A stretch of DNA of 26,444 nt. It comes from a virus (lineage: Duplodnaviria; Caudoviricetes). The stretch spans positions 1 to 26,444 of the IMG/VR virus record IMGVR_UViG_3300010220_000006; one strand, 5' to 3'. The translations under genes were made by a program, and so were the position numbers. Positions 6,419-14,750 of this stretch are shown here, in pieces. A model generated the notes under the pieces. It was not told the origin of the DNA and made no database searches. It was given only the letters and a program-made list of their open reading frames with translations. Each line of letters starts with the position of its first letter. Position 1 is the first letter of the stretch.

Positions 6419-7286
6419 CGGTTAAATCTCCAAACATGGCTTTTGCGGTTGCGGTTCGTTTGTCGTGTACGGTTTGATTTTTTGGCGGCGCCGTCTTGTT
6501 CTCGTATCTGCCCTCGATGATCTTCACGAAGTTTTCAGACTTCGTAATCCACTCAAGGTCTGCCTGAAAGCTTGAAGTCTTGCCAGTAAGGAAATCTGAT
6601 TGCGCAACGTAAGCAAAAAGCCTTTCCCAATACTCAAGGTTTTGTCGTTTTGGATCTTCTCTCCAGCGTGATCGAAGTTGATTCGCCCTTTTCTCCGTCC
6701 AAGACTTAACCCTAGTCAGCATAGGCAAATGCTTGTGATAGAGATTGATGATTTGTTGATGAGGGCAAGCGTCACCGACTTGTTCGGGGACAATAGGTTT
6801 TTTACTGTTACTGTTACTGTTACTGTTACTGTTACTGTTACTGGTTAAGGAAGGGTTGTCTAACGGTTCGCCAACTGTTCCAGTTTTCGTGTAATCTAAT
6901 CCTAAAAAGTAAGCGTTGAGCCGCATGTACTCTTGTTTCCAGCTACATTCATCTGGTATTGACTCAGCGATTCTCTTGGCGCTTTTGAGTTGATTTGGGT
7001 TCTCAGGCTTGTTCCAATTGAAGTACTTGCAAATCCATACCCATTTGGTGGTTTCGCAACGTTTAGCGAAGCCCTTATCTAACAGTTCTTTAAGGGTTGA
7101 TTTAACCCTTTCTAAAGCCCATTGAAGGTCGTCGCAAACATAACCATCTGGCAGTCTAAAAACGCCTGATATAGTTCCGTGAGGGCACGTTAGTAAATAC
7201 ATAGCCATTGCCCTGGCATCCTCGCTCATGGTGCGAGTTGTTTGGCTTGTCCAGAATGATGTATAGACTTTCCCGTAATCACGCAT
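6336..7286 (-). CDS. Phage replication initiator (O-like)
   Basis: MRDYGKV..SFW N-terminus, low-complexity linker, C-terminal ADLEWI...NFVKIIEGRY; canonical position after cro/cII. Confidence 0.85.
   Translation of the reverse strand: MRDYGKVYTSFWTSQTTRTMSEDARAMAMYLLTCPHGTISGVFRLPDGYVCDDLQWALERVKSTLKELLDKGFAKRCETTKWVWICKYFNWNKPENPNQLKSAKRIAESIPDECSWKQEYMRLNAYFLGLDYTKTGTVGEPLDNPSLTSNSNSNSNSNSNSKKPIVPEQVGDACPHQQIINLYHKHLPMLTRVKSWTEKRANQLRSRWREDPKRQNLEYWERLFAYVAQSDFLTGKTSSFQADLEWITKSENFVKIIEGRYENKTAPPKNQTVHDKRTATAKAMFGDLTDGNHKPRIIDVSSDSATGDRPALSSNG
6802..6843. repeat. (TTACTG)x7 perfect tandem repeat in the initiator linker
   Basis: 42 bp read directly from the sequence; encodes an SN dipeptide run. 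Confidence 0.95.
6851..7110. promoter_or_regulatory. Putative replication origin iterons
   Basis: Heptamers at 11-12 bp period: AAGGGTT 6851, AACGGTT 6862, AACTGTT 6873; second cluster AACGTTT 7058, AGCCCTT 7070, AACAGTT 7081, AAGGGTT 7092, AACCCTT 7104. Confidence 0.5.
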
Positions 7287-7288
7287 GT

Positions 7289-7408
7289 TTATTCCAAACT
7301 TTCTCTCAGGTAGGAGTTGTGTATCTGGCTTGCAATTACATCTAAATCAAATCCTTTTTTCTGCCAGCGCGGATCTTTTAGTTTTTCTGAATATGTTTTA
7401 TTAGCCAT
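7289..7408 (-). pseudogene. 39-aa ORF, probable internally deleted HNH endonuclease
   Basis: MANKTYSEKLKDPRWQKKGFDLDVIASQIHNSYLRESLE with SD AAAGG; YSEKLKDPRWQKK is a typical HNH-protein leader. Not in the ORF track. Confidence 0.55.
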
Positions 7409-7421
7409 CACAAGCCTTTCA

Positions 7422-7736
7422 TCACGCCGCCACCTTCTGCTCTCTGAACTCAAACAGGTTGGAGTAACGTGGATGCCGAAGTGCGAACAGCCTTGCTAGA
7501 TATGGCACAAAGTTCCCGTTGATCTTGTATTCACCCTTCAACTCACCAATAGCGGTGTCGTGACGGATGACCTCAACGATCGTCCTGGCCGAGTAGTGCT
7601 CACGCTTCGATGCGACCTTTAATGCTCGACGCTCGAACTCTTCCCAGATGTGGAAGTTCTCCATCAGCCATTCAGGGAAGTCGTCACGGAACATGTCTTT
7701 GTTGGAAAGAATTGTGTTGAGGATAATGAGCTTCAT
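7422..7736 (-). CDS. Phage hypothetical protein
   Basis: 104 aa, strong SD AAGGAGG, in operon order. Confidence 0.8.
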   Translation of the reverse strand: MKLIILNTILSNKDMFRDDFPEWLMENFHIWEEFERRALKVASKREHYSARTIVEVIRHDTAIGELKGEYKINGNFVPYLARLFALRHPRYSNLFEFREQKVAA

Positions 7737-7766
7737 ACGCCCTCCTTGAATCGACCTTTTCTAGCC

Positions 7767-8003
7767 CTATTCCTGCACTTCAGGTCTAGCACCGGTTGCC
7801 TTCATCCTTAAGACGTGAAATTGCCCATAAAGGTGAGCTGTGATGACATCTCTTAGATACTCGGATGATGACTGCCCGGAAAGCTGCGCAAGTGCGACAA
7901 ACTTCTCTTTCACATCCTCTGGCACCACTGTCTTAAGTTCCTCGGTGCATTTGCCCAGAGGATGCGATGTGCCAGACCGTGAGAAAACTGAATCTGTACC
8001 CAT
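7767..8003 (-). CDS. Ribbon-helix-helix-like regulator in the cII position
   Basis: ELKTVVPEDVKEKFVALAQLSGQSSSEYLRDVI fits an RHH pattern; SD GGAG. Confidence 0.7.
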   Translation of the reverse strand: MGTDSVFSRSGTSHPLGKCTEELKTVVPEDVKEKFVALAQLSGQSSSEYLRDVITAHLYGQFHVLRMKATGARPEVQE

Positions 8004-8122
8004 AAAGTTTCTCCAATTAGAGTTATTTGACGACTTCCCTTTTTAATGAACCCGATGGCAGATCCATTAAAAAGCGCCCTGCTAACAAGGCGAAATGCAC
8101 CAATTAGGGGGCAATTGGTGTC

Positions 8123-8353
8123 CTATGCGGCGTTGCTTAATTCAGGCCAGATATCCATCCAATCATCTGGCCTAAGTTCCTTCCGGGTGACAGCGCCGTC
8201 AGTGATCTTCTCGATGGCCACGCACTGCATGATCGGCACAGGCCGGATTCCTGATATCCATTGGTTGACGGCAGGCGTAGTGACTTTGAGCGATCGTGCG
8301 AGCGCTGCCTGCCCACCCATAAGGGCGCATGCTTTTTCAATTGCAAAACTCAT
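8123..8353 (-). CDS. cro: Cro-like repressor (YdaS family HTH)
   Basis: GGQAALARSLKVTTPAVNQW...IEKITDGAVTRKELRPD; divergent from cI; ATG 8353 follows the PR -10 box. Confidence 0.9.
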   Translation of the reverse strand: MSFAIEKACALMGGQAALARSLKVTTPAVNQWISGIRPVPIMQCVAIEKITDGAVTRKELRPDDWMDIWPELSNAA

Positions 8354-8360
8354 GCTGGTA

Positions 8361-8389
8361 AATTTAGCACGGCTAAAGGAACGAATCAA
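8361..8389 (-). promoter_or_regulatory. PR promoter
   Basis: TTGATT (8389-8384) - 17 bp - TAAATT (8366-8361); cro ATG 7 nt further on. Confidence 0.75.
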
Positions 8390-8425
8390 GCCATGCTAAA
8401 TAATTTTGCTATTAGCATCGCTTTA
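8363..8425. promoter_or_regulatory. OR operators (three 15-bp sites)
   Basis: TTTAGCacgGCTAAA 8363-8377, TCAAGCcatGCTAAA 8386-8400, ATTAGCatcGCTTTA 8411-8425; the same motif recurs at OL. Confidence 0.85.
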
Positions 8426-9150
8426 TGAAGAGTGACGACAGTAAAAGACTAGAGGATCTGTTCCGACGGGTGCGGATGACTAAGGCGGAATTCGCTCGCA
8501 CATATAAGATTCCGGGCGGCGCTTCTATGGTTAGTCAGCATCTGAGTGGCAATAGACCGATCAGTATGGACGCTGCGATTGCTTATGCACGCGGCTTCGG
8601 GTGCAGTATTGCTGATATAAGTCCAAGGTTAGCGGCTGAAGCAAAGGCGCTAGCCCAAATGGTGAACGACGACCTGATCACCAATCCAACCGCTTCGCAT
8701 GAGCACGAGGAAGACGACAGCGACAGCATCTCTATCGACCTTATGAATGCATATGGATCGATGGGTGGCGGCGTGGATATTGAATCTGAAGACTTGGCAA
8801 TCGAGAGATTAAGGATAAACAGAGCATGGGCTGCGGAGAACCTGAAGCCTATAACCTCACTCAATAATCTGTATTTCATTCACGCTCTTGGCGACTCAAT
8901 GACGCCAACTCTTGATCACGGCGACATCGTCCTGGTTGACGTCGGCATTAAGAATGCTATGGTTGATGGCATCTATGTATTACGCGCATGCCAGCGCCTA
9001 TTCATTAAGCGGGTTCGCACTCGTCTAGACGGTGCGCATGAGATCAGTAGTGACAACCCGAACGTGAAGACGGTTGATATCTTAAACGGTGACTATGATG
9101 TCGAGATCGTGGGGAAGGTGGTGTGGGTATGGAATGGAAAGAAGGTCTAA
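8425..9150 (+). CDS. cI: CI repressor (HTH + S24 autopeptidase)
   Basis: N-terminal HTH; GSMGGG cleavage-site region, GDSMTPTL (Ser), LFIKR (Lys), IVGKVVW. Confidence 0.93.
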   Translation: MKSDDSKRLEDLFRRVRMTKAEFARTYKIPGGASMVSQHLSGNRPISMDAAIAYARGFGCSIADISPRLAAEAKALAQMVNDDLITNPTASHEHEEDDSDSISIDLMNAYGSMGGGVDIESEDLAIERLRINRAWAAENLKPITSLNNLYFIHALGDSMTPTLDHGDIVLVDVGIKNAMVDGIYVLRACQRLFIKRVRTRLDGAHEISSDNPNVKTVDILNGDYDVEIVGKVVWVWNGKKV

Positions 9151-9608
9151 GGTCATTCATCTGTATATGGATATGCGCTCTCGCCCTCACTGGCTGCGCA
9201 TCCAGCGTGGAACTTGGTTACAGGGCGTACAACAATCATCAATACAGGGAAGCCGCAAAGCATTTCTATACCTGCGCCAAGGCTGGAAATGCCGCATGCG
9301 CTACACAATTAGGAGTCATCCATCACAAGTACGGCAACGAGCAGAAAGCCGTTGAGCTATTCACACTAGCTGCCCGTATGGGTGAGCCGACCGCAGCTGA
9401 GAACCTGCAGATCCTTGGGTACCCTGTGCCAAATTCAGACCTGGCTCAAAACAGCGCGCAGAATAGCGGAGTTATCCTGCCATTACTGAATGCGATCATA
9501 AGCGGCTACAACGATTCTGCAAGGCGAAACAACAACCAGCAGCAGCGCAGAATGGTTTACTGCGACACTGTCGTCAATGGCAGATATGCCGACACAATGT
9601 GTTTCTGA
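9129..9608 (+). CDS. Lipoprotein with a Sel1-like repeat
   Basis: Lipobox LALTGC; AKAGNAACATQLG and AARMGEPTAAENL helical repeats; exact start uncertain. Confidence 0.7.
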   Translation: MEWKEGLRSFICIWICALALTGCASSVELGYRAYNNHQYREAAKHFYTCAKAGNAACATQLGVIHHKYGNEQKAVELFTLAARMGEPTAAENLQILGYPVPNSDLAQNSAQNSGVILPLLNAIISGYNDSARRNNNQQQRRMVYCDTVVNGRYADTMCF

Positions 9609-9610
9609 CC

Positions 9611-9799
9611 ATGAAAAAGATCGCATATAAGATTTTAGCTGGCATCGCTGTTGCCTTCGCGATTGCATGGTGGTTCAGGTACGACACGCACTGCCACACA
9701 AACTCATACGGCACGTGTGTTGCTTACGACAGATTCACTGGGAGGTGGATTTTCCCCTCTATCGAGGCTCAGGATTACTATGATGCAAAAGGCCAATAA
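9611..9799 (+). CDS. Small membrane-anchored protein
   Basis: MKK followed by the hydrophobic helix ILAGIAVAFAIAWWF. Confidence 0.65.
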   Translation: MKKIAYKILAGIAVAFAIAWWFRYDTHCHTNSYGTCVAYDRFTGRWIFPSIEAQDYYDAKGQ

Positions 9800-9810
9800 C
9801 CTTTATTGAC

Positions 9811-9856
9811 ATCCTTCCCCGCCCTGAACGGCGGGGCTTGTCGCGCACCGGGTCAA
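9811..9856 (+). mobile_element. Minimal IS200/IS605-family end remnant (PATE-like)
   Basis: Preceded by TTGAC (9806-9810); hairpin CCCCGCC-ctgaac-GGCGGGG; ends GCGCACCGGGTCAA. Confidence 0.6.
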
Positions 9857-9868
9857 CGGAGAAGAAGA

Positions 9869-10201
9869 ATGAGAAAACTCAGGGAGTGGGTCTCAATATT
9901 ATTTTGCGGAATCAGCGGCTTCATTTTTGCCACTGTATGGTTTGCTGGCCTTGCTTTGCATGTATATACGATTCTAGTCGCCTTTAAGTTCTCTGGATTT
10001 TTAGCGGCGATTCTTTCTTTCATTTTTCCTATAATCGCTCAGATATATTGGTTTGTTGCCACATGGGTGAAAACAGAGTCGCTCATCAATCCGTATACAT
10101 TTTACGTTCTTGTCTATCTTGGATGGCTTACTGTAGGGATAGCGCTCTCTGCAATAGGCGTAATCATGGATCCGCAAAAGAAAAAGGCCGATAACCTTTA
10201 G
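9869..10201 (+). CDS. Integral membrane protein (3-4 TM)
   Basis: Hydrophobic stretches, AT-rich, ATG 9869; followed by a terminator. Confidence 0.75.
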   Translation: MRKLREWVSILFCGISGFIFATVWFAGLALHVYTILVAFKFSGFLAAILSFIFPIIAQIYWFVATWVKTESLINPYTFYVLVYLGWLTVGIALSAIGVIMDPQKKKADNL

Positions 10202-10218
10202 CCAACCTCGTTCAACAC

Positions 10219-10240
10219 AACCCGCTTCGGCGGGTTTTTT
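10219..10240 (+). terminator. Intrinsic terminator of the cI operon
   Basis: AACCCGC-TTCG-GCGGGTT followed by a T run. Confidence 0.9.
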
Positions 10241-10253
10241 ATTGCTAAATAAA

Positions 10254-10295
10254 TTTAGCAATGCTATTGACATATAAATTTAGCCCTGCTAAAGT
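10254..10295 (+). promoter_or_regulatory. PL promoter with OL operators
   Basis: TTGACA (10267-10272) - 17 bp - TAAAGT (10290-10295); operators TTTAGCaatGCTATT 10254-10268 and TTTAGCcctGCTAAA 10279-10293. Confidence 0.88.
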
Positions 10296-10481
10296 CTGAA
10301 TCGTCAACACAGCAATCCTACGAGTTGGGACTTGCTCCGAGTAGCTGGAATCCCGCAGCAGCAACGCGGGGCGCGGAACGGCCAATAGGCACGCAGCACG
10401 CGGCGAAAGGGAAAGCATACCGTTGTGTTTTTTCGAATCGGCTGGCATCCGTAACTGCCCATTGATACTTCTCCTCCCTCA

Positions 10482-10518
10482 ACCGGGGAAAGCGAAAGTA
10501 AGTACCCGGTACTTTTTT
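10482..10518 (+). terminator. Hairpin plus T-run in the PL leader (possible attenuator)
   Basis: ACCGGG...CCCGGT stem followed by ACTTTTTT just before the first RBS. Confidence 0.45.
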
Positions 10519-10527
10519 GGAGCTGAC

Positions 10528-10818
10528 ATGTTCAATTTGATGGAAATGGGCTTAAAGGCTCAGGAAGTAACGGTCAAAGATCGTGATGCCGAAGTATTCC
10601 GCATAGTTAGATCGGACGAAACCCTGCATGCCGTCATGCTTGAGGCTATCAGCAAGGGTGCATTCGTATGGGTGAATGACGATCTGCAGAAAACCGTTAT
10701 CAGCAAGCGCAGTCCGAGCGGAAATTGGCACAAGGTTCATGGCACCTACTCCATGCCAGTGATTCAAGGGTTTGTTGAATTTTCTGACGACGACACATTC
10801 CCGGACGACGCAGCATGA
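10528..10818 (+). CDS. Hypothetical protein (first PL gene)
   Basis: ATG 10528 with GGAG SD; ATGA-coupled to the next gene. Confidence 0.75.
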   Translation: MFNLMEMGLKAQEVTVKDRDAEVFRIVRSDETLHAVMLEAISKGAFVWVNDDLQKTVISKRSPSGNWHKVHGTYSMPVIQGFVEFSDDDTFPDDAA

Positions 10819-11009
10819 ACATCCGACAACGCATGAAGAAGCGTGAAAAGTCACGATCAGAAATGTGCAAGTGTTCGGCATATCCGTTTGGTCATCGCAT
10901 GGGTGGCGGGAAATGCCACAAAGAAAAATTGATGAAAATCGTGCCAGTGCCTTATTACATGACGCAACAAGCCATGTATGACGCAGGGCATAAACCGGAG
11001 GACTTCTAA
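10815..11009 (+). CDS. Small Cys/His-containing protein
   Basis: CKCSAYPFGHRMGGGKC; coupled start/stop overlaps. Confidence 0.7.
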   Translation: MNIRQRMKKREKSRSEMCKCSAYPFGHRMGGGKCHKEKLMKIVPVPYYMTQQAMYDAGHKPEDF

Positions 11010-11113
11010 TGAGAACCGCATACGTTTTCCTTCTGTTATTGATTGTTCTTCTAGCAGTTTCGGCAGTTGCCGGTGCGGTTATTACTGTGAACTTTGATGG
11101 GGTGGCGATATGA
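11009..11113 (+). CDS. 34-aa hydrophobic peptide
   Basis: MRTAYVFLLLLIVLLAVSAVAGAVITVNFDGVAI; SD GGAGG; TAATG and ATGA overlaps. Confidence 0.65.
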   Translation: MRTAYVFLLLLIVLLAVSAVAGAVITVNFDGVAI

Positions 11114-11433
11114 GGGCAGGAACAAAAGCCGATGTCATGCGCGGCCTATTGTGCCAGCAGGATTACACGGTCAGCGAGCTGGCTGATGAAGCTAGGTGCA
11201 ACTACACGCACGCGATGCGCTGGATTAAACGATGGGAACGGCAAGGAAAGGTGCGAAAAATAGGCGAGCGCATCAACCAGTCGCATCGAGAATCGCCTGC
11301 TTACATCTGGTGCGACGATGACGACATGGCTGCACTGGCAGCTAGAGCCGCAGATTACATCACCGAGGGCATAGGCAACGGCAGAGAAATCGCAAGCCGG
11401 ATTTATGAAAAGCTGAATGGGGGGGCGATATGA
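11110..11433 (+). CDS. Winged-HTH domain protein
   Basis: YTVSELADEARCNYTHAMRWIKRWERQGKV. Confidence 0.7.
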   Translation: MRAGTKADVMRGLLCQQDYTVSELADEARCNYTHAMRWIKRWERQGKVRKIGERINQSHRESPAYIWCDDDDMAALAARAADYITEGIGNGREIASRIYEKLNGGAI

Positions 11434-11621
11434 AACAACACGAAACCGCCGAACAAATGCGCCAGAGGCTTGAGCGTGAATCATTCTGGCGCTTCGTGTT
11501 CTGGCAGGGCGAGAACGGCGGAAAGCCAGCATTAGAAGGCGCGGATTCCAGGATCGTGCAGCACATCGAAGACGCCGAACTACAGAAGATTAAAAACTGC
11601 GGTTCGCATAATTTCAACTGA
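11430..11621 (+). CDS. Hypothetical protein
   Basis: 63 aa, ATGA-coupled. Confidence 0.55.
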   Translation: MKQHETAEQMRQRLERESFWRFVFWQGENGGKPALEGADSRIVQHIEDAELQKIKNCGSHNFN

Positions 11622-11633
11622 AAGGAAAGACAA

Positions 11634-12449
11634 ATGAGTAACTCAGTCGCCGAGGTCAAGCAGCAATTTTCACTCGCACCAAAGAGCATAGACGAAGCTT
11701 TGCGCTTCGCTGATATGTTAAGCAAATCAAACCTTGTGCCTAAAGAGTTCAACGGCAACCCTGGCAACATCCTTGTTGCGATTCAATGGGGGATGGAGCT
11801 TGGACTGCAACCAATGCAAGCCATGCAGAACATCGCCGTGATCAGTGGCCGTCCATCGTTATGGGGAGACGCTGTTATCGGAATCGTCAAGGCTTCGCCG
11901 TTGTGCGAATACGTCGTTGAGGAAACGACCGACACTCAAGCCGTTTGCAAGGTGAAGCGCCGTGGAGAGCCAGAACAAGTGCGCATCTTTACTTCGGAAG
12001 ATGCAAAGAAGGCGGGGTTGCTTGGAAAACAAGGCCCGTGGACGCAATACCCGAAGCGCATGATGCAGATGCGTGCGCGTTCGTGGGCGCTTCGTGACGT
12101 GTTTCCTGATGTTCTGCGAGGCATGCCGATCGCCGAAGAACTTATGGACATCGCTGAAAAGGATGTGACGCCTCAAAGCAATCCAGCGCCAAAGCCGGAA
12201 CCAAAACCGCTTGATGATGCTGCATTCAAGGCGCTGGAAACTAAATTCAAAATCCATATCGAGAACGGCAAGAGGTCGGCAGACGACATGATTGCTTGGG
12301 TCGAAGGCAAAGGATCCGTCATGAGCGAAGCACAAAAGTCCGAGGTGCGCTCATGGGCCAAGAGGCCGGAAGTGATCGATGGCGAAGCAAAGCAAGTTGA
12401 CGATCCGTTCGTAGCTGACATGAACAATGCAGAAGGAGAAGAGCAATGA
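11634..12449 (+). CDS. recT: RecT-like single-strand annealing recombinase
   Basis: GMELGLQPMQAMQNIAVISGRPSLWGD, W..YPKRMMQMRARSWALRDVFPDVLRG. Confidence 0.85.
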   Translation: MSNSVAEVKQQFSLAPKSIDEALRFADMLSKSNLVPKEFNGNPGNILVAIQWGMELGLQPMQAMQNIAVISGRPSLWGDAVIGIVKASPLCEYVVEETTDTQAVCKVKRRGEPEQVRIFTSEDAKKAGLLGKQGPWTQYPKRMMQMRARSWALRDVFPDVLRGMPIAEELMDIAEKDVTPQSNPAPKPEPKPLDDAAFKALETKFKIHIENGKRSADDMIAWVEGKGSVMSEAQKSEVRSWAKRPEVIDGEAKQVDDPFVADMNNAEGEEQ

Positions 12450-14146
12450 TTACGCATAATCTGATTCAAGGTTCAAAGGAATGGCACGCGCACCGCGCAA
12501 CGCACTTCAACGCCAGCGACGCGCCTGCAATGCTTGGCCTGTCGCCGTACAAGTCGCGGTCGCAACTTCTTCATGAACTCAAGACCGGCATCACGCCGGA
12601 AGTGGACGAGTTTACACAGCGCCGCTTCAACGATGGACACAGAGCCGAGGCGCTTGCTCGCCCGATTGCAGAAAAAATCATCGGTGAAGAACTCTCGCCT
12701 GTCGTCGGCACGGAAGGAAACTTGAGCGCCAGCTTCGACGGCATGACATTTATTGGCGACGTGATTTTTGAGCATAAGCTGCTTGCTCGCAGGCTGGAAG
12801 AAGTGGTTTGGGTTTCTGACAATGCCGAGGACTTCCTGCCGGAGGATTACCTGGTACAGATGGAGCAGCAACTGCATGTATCGGGCGCTGAAAAATGTTT
12901 GTTTATGGCTTCAAAGTGGACAGACGAAGGCACGCTAATCGAAGAACGCCATTGCTGGTATTACCCGAACATGTCGCGCCGCCAGCGCATCAGCGACGGC
13001 TGGGCGCTGTTTAAAAAAGATCTGGACGCCTATGTGCCGGAGCCTGTCGCTGAAAAAGCGGTCGCCGCAGAAGTAGAGGCATTCCCTGTTCCTTCGATCC
13101 AGGTCAAGGGTGAACTGGTTGCCTGCAACCTGTCCGAGATTACTCCGAAGTTCGACAAGTTTCTGGCAGAAACCAAGACCGAACTGGTCACGGATCAGGA
13201 CTTTGCTGACGGCGAAGTCAATGCCAAGGCAAGCCGGGAAGCGGCGAAGAACCTTAAACTGACAGCAAAGGCCGTGATTGACCAGATTACACCGATCAGC
13301 GAAGCCGTGCGCACGCTGGAAGGCTATGCAGCAAAGTTCGACGCGCTCGGCTTGAAGTTGGAAAAGGCCGTGAAGGAACAGAAAGAAGCCATCAAGACAG
13401 CGGCAATCCTCAAGGCTCGCAACGACTTTAACGCGCACATCGAGCAGCTTGAGGCTGAAACAAAGCCGATTCGCCTTAATCTTGCACAGCCTGACTTCGC
13501 CGGTGCGGTCAAGGGCGTCAAGACCATCAAGAGCCTGCACGGCAATATCGCGGACGAACTGGCACGGTGTAAGGCAGCAGCGGAAGGCGCTGCGCGGGAC
13601 ATACGAGCAAAGCTGGCGTGGTGCAAGGAAAACGCAGAAGGCTACGGCATGCTGTTCCCTGACCTGCAACAGATCATCGGCAAGGAAATGGACGACTTCC
13701 AGCTTGTAATTAAAACGCGCATTGATGAACACAAGCAACTTGAGGCCGAAAAAGAAGCCAAGATCAAGGCAGAAGCCGAAGAAGCGGCGCGTTTGAAGAT
13801 TGAGGCAGAGGCGAAGGCAGGGCACGAAAAGACAATCGAGCAAGCTGTTGTTTCTGGTACTGGATTTATGAAGGTTGACGTTGATGGAAATTCTGTAAAG
13901 GCAACGAACATTCCGGCGCAAGACATAATCGACACCGGAAACCGCATCAAGCTGGGCGACATTAACTCTGCACTTGGCTTCACGGTTTCAGGCGACTTCC
14001 TGGCATCGATTGGTTGGCCGGCAGTTGCTAAGGACAAGAGTGCCCTGCTCTACCGTGAAAGCGACTTCCCAGCGATATGCGGCAGTATCGTTGAGCATAT
14101 CGTCGAAGTATCCAGTAAACGTCAATTTAAGAAAGAGGCAGCGTAA
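12446..14146 (+). CDS. YqaJ/lambda-exonuclease family protein with a long coiled-coil extension
   Basis: [37 protein letters not shown] motifs; adjacent to recT. Confidence 0.88.
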   Translation: MITHNLIQGSKEWHAHRATHFNASDAPAMLGLSPYKSRSQLLHELKTGITPEVDEFTQRRFNDGHRAEALARPIAEKIIGEELSPVVGTEGNLSASFDGMTFIGDVIFEHKLLARRLEEVVWVSDNAEDFLPEDYLVQMEQQLHVSGAEKCLFMASKWTDEGTLIEERHCWYYPNMSRRQRISDGWALFKKDLDAYVPEPVAEKAVAAEVEAFPVPSIQVKGELVACNLSEITPKFDKFLAETKTELVTDQDFADGEVNAKASREAAKNLKLTAKAVIDQITPISEAVRTLEGYAAKFDALGLKLEKAVKEQKEAIKTAAILKARNDFNAHIEQLEAETKPIRLNLAQPDFAGAVKGVKTIKSLHGNIADELARCKAAAEGAARDIRAKLAWCKENAEGYGMLFPDLQQIIGKEMDDFQLVIKTRIDEHKQLEAEKEAKIKAEAEEAARLKIEAEAKAGHEKTIEQAVVSGTGFMKVDVDGNSVKATNIPAQDIIDTGNRIKLGDINSALGFTVSGDFLASIGWPAVAKDKSALLYRESDFPAICGSIVEHIVEVSSKRQFKKEAA

Positions 14147-14577
14147 TGGCTTCGGTGAATAAAGCAATCGTTCTAGGGAACGTCGGGCAAGATCCGGAGA
14201 TTCGATATACGGCCAATGGTGATGCCGTGTGCAGTTTCAGCATTGCGACGACAGACCGTTGGAAGGACAAGGACGGTCAGCAGCAGAATCGCACCGAATG
14301 GCACAACATCGTCATGTATCGAAAGTTAGCTGAAATCGCTGGCGAGTATGTCCGCAAAGGTTCATCTATCTACATAGAAGGCCGCATCCAGACACGTAAG
14401 TGGCAGACCAAGGATGGTCAGGACAGATACACCACCGAGATCATCGCAGACACAATGCAGATGCTTGGAAATCGACAAAATGGTGAGAGGTCACAAAGCC
14501 AGGATAGGAAACCACATGGTGCCGAAACTCAAGGCGGCGACGTTTTCGATGATTTTGGTGAGGACGTGCCGTTCTGA
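14146..14577 (+). CDS. ssb: Single-stranded DNA-binding protein
   Basis: [21 protein letters not shown]...TEWH...acidic DVPF tail. Confidence 0.96.
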   Translation: MASVNKAIVLGNVGQDPEIRYTANGDAVCSFSIATTDRWKDKDGQQQNRTEWHNIVMYRKLAEIAGEYVRKGSSIYIEGRIQTRKWQTKDGQDRYTTEIIADTMQMLGNRQNGERSQSQDRKPHGAETQGGDVFDDFGEDVPF

Positions 14578-14750
14578 ATGCTTTCCCGTCAATTTAGGTT
14601 AAAGGAGACGACTTAATCATGGCAAAAAAAGGCAATCGACGGCGCGCCTGGCGTGATCGGGCAAACGAAAAGAGGACGCCAAGGGCATGAGCGAATCAGC
14701 AATAGAAGAAGAACCAGAGTATCAGTAACCAACCAACGAAAGGAAACACC

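Noticed and set aside
8098-8120. CACCAATT/AATTGGTG hairpin after cro as a terminator or nut site
   Set aside because: AT-rich stem without an adjacent U-tract or recognisable boxA; function cannot be supported.
9161-9176. LexA box-like CTGTATATGGATATGC
   Set aside because: It lacks the right-hand CAG half-site and lies within a CDS.
12935-13921. 328-aa minus-strand ORF, and the many + strand ORFs within 17180-26104
   Set aside because: Antisense shadows of the YqaJ gene and the giant gene; no motifs or translation signals.
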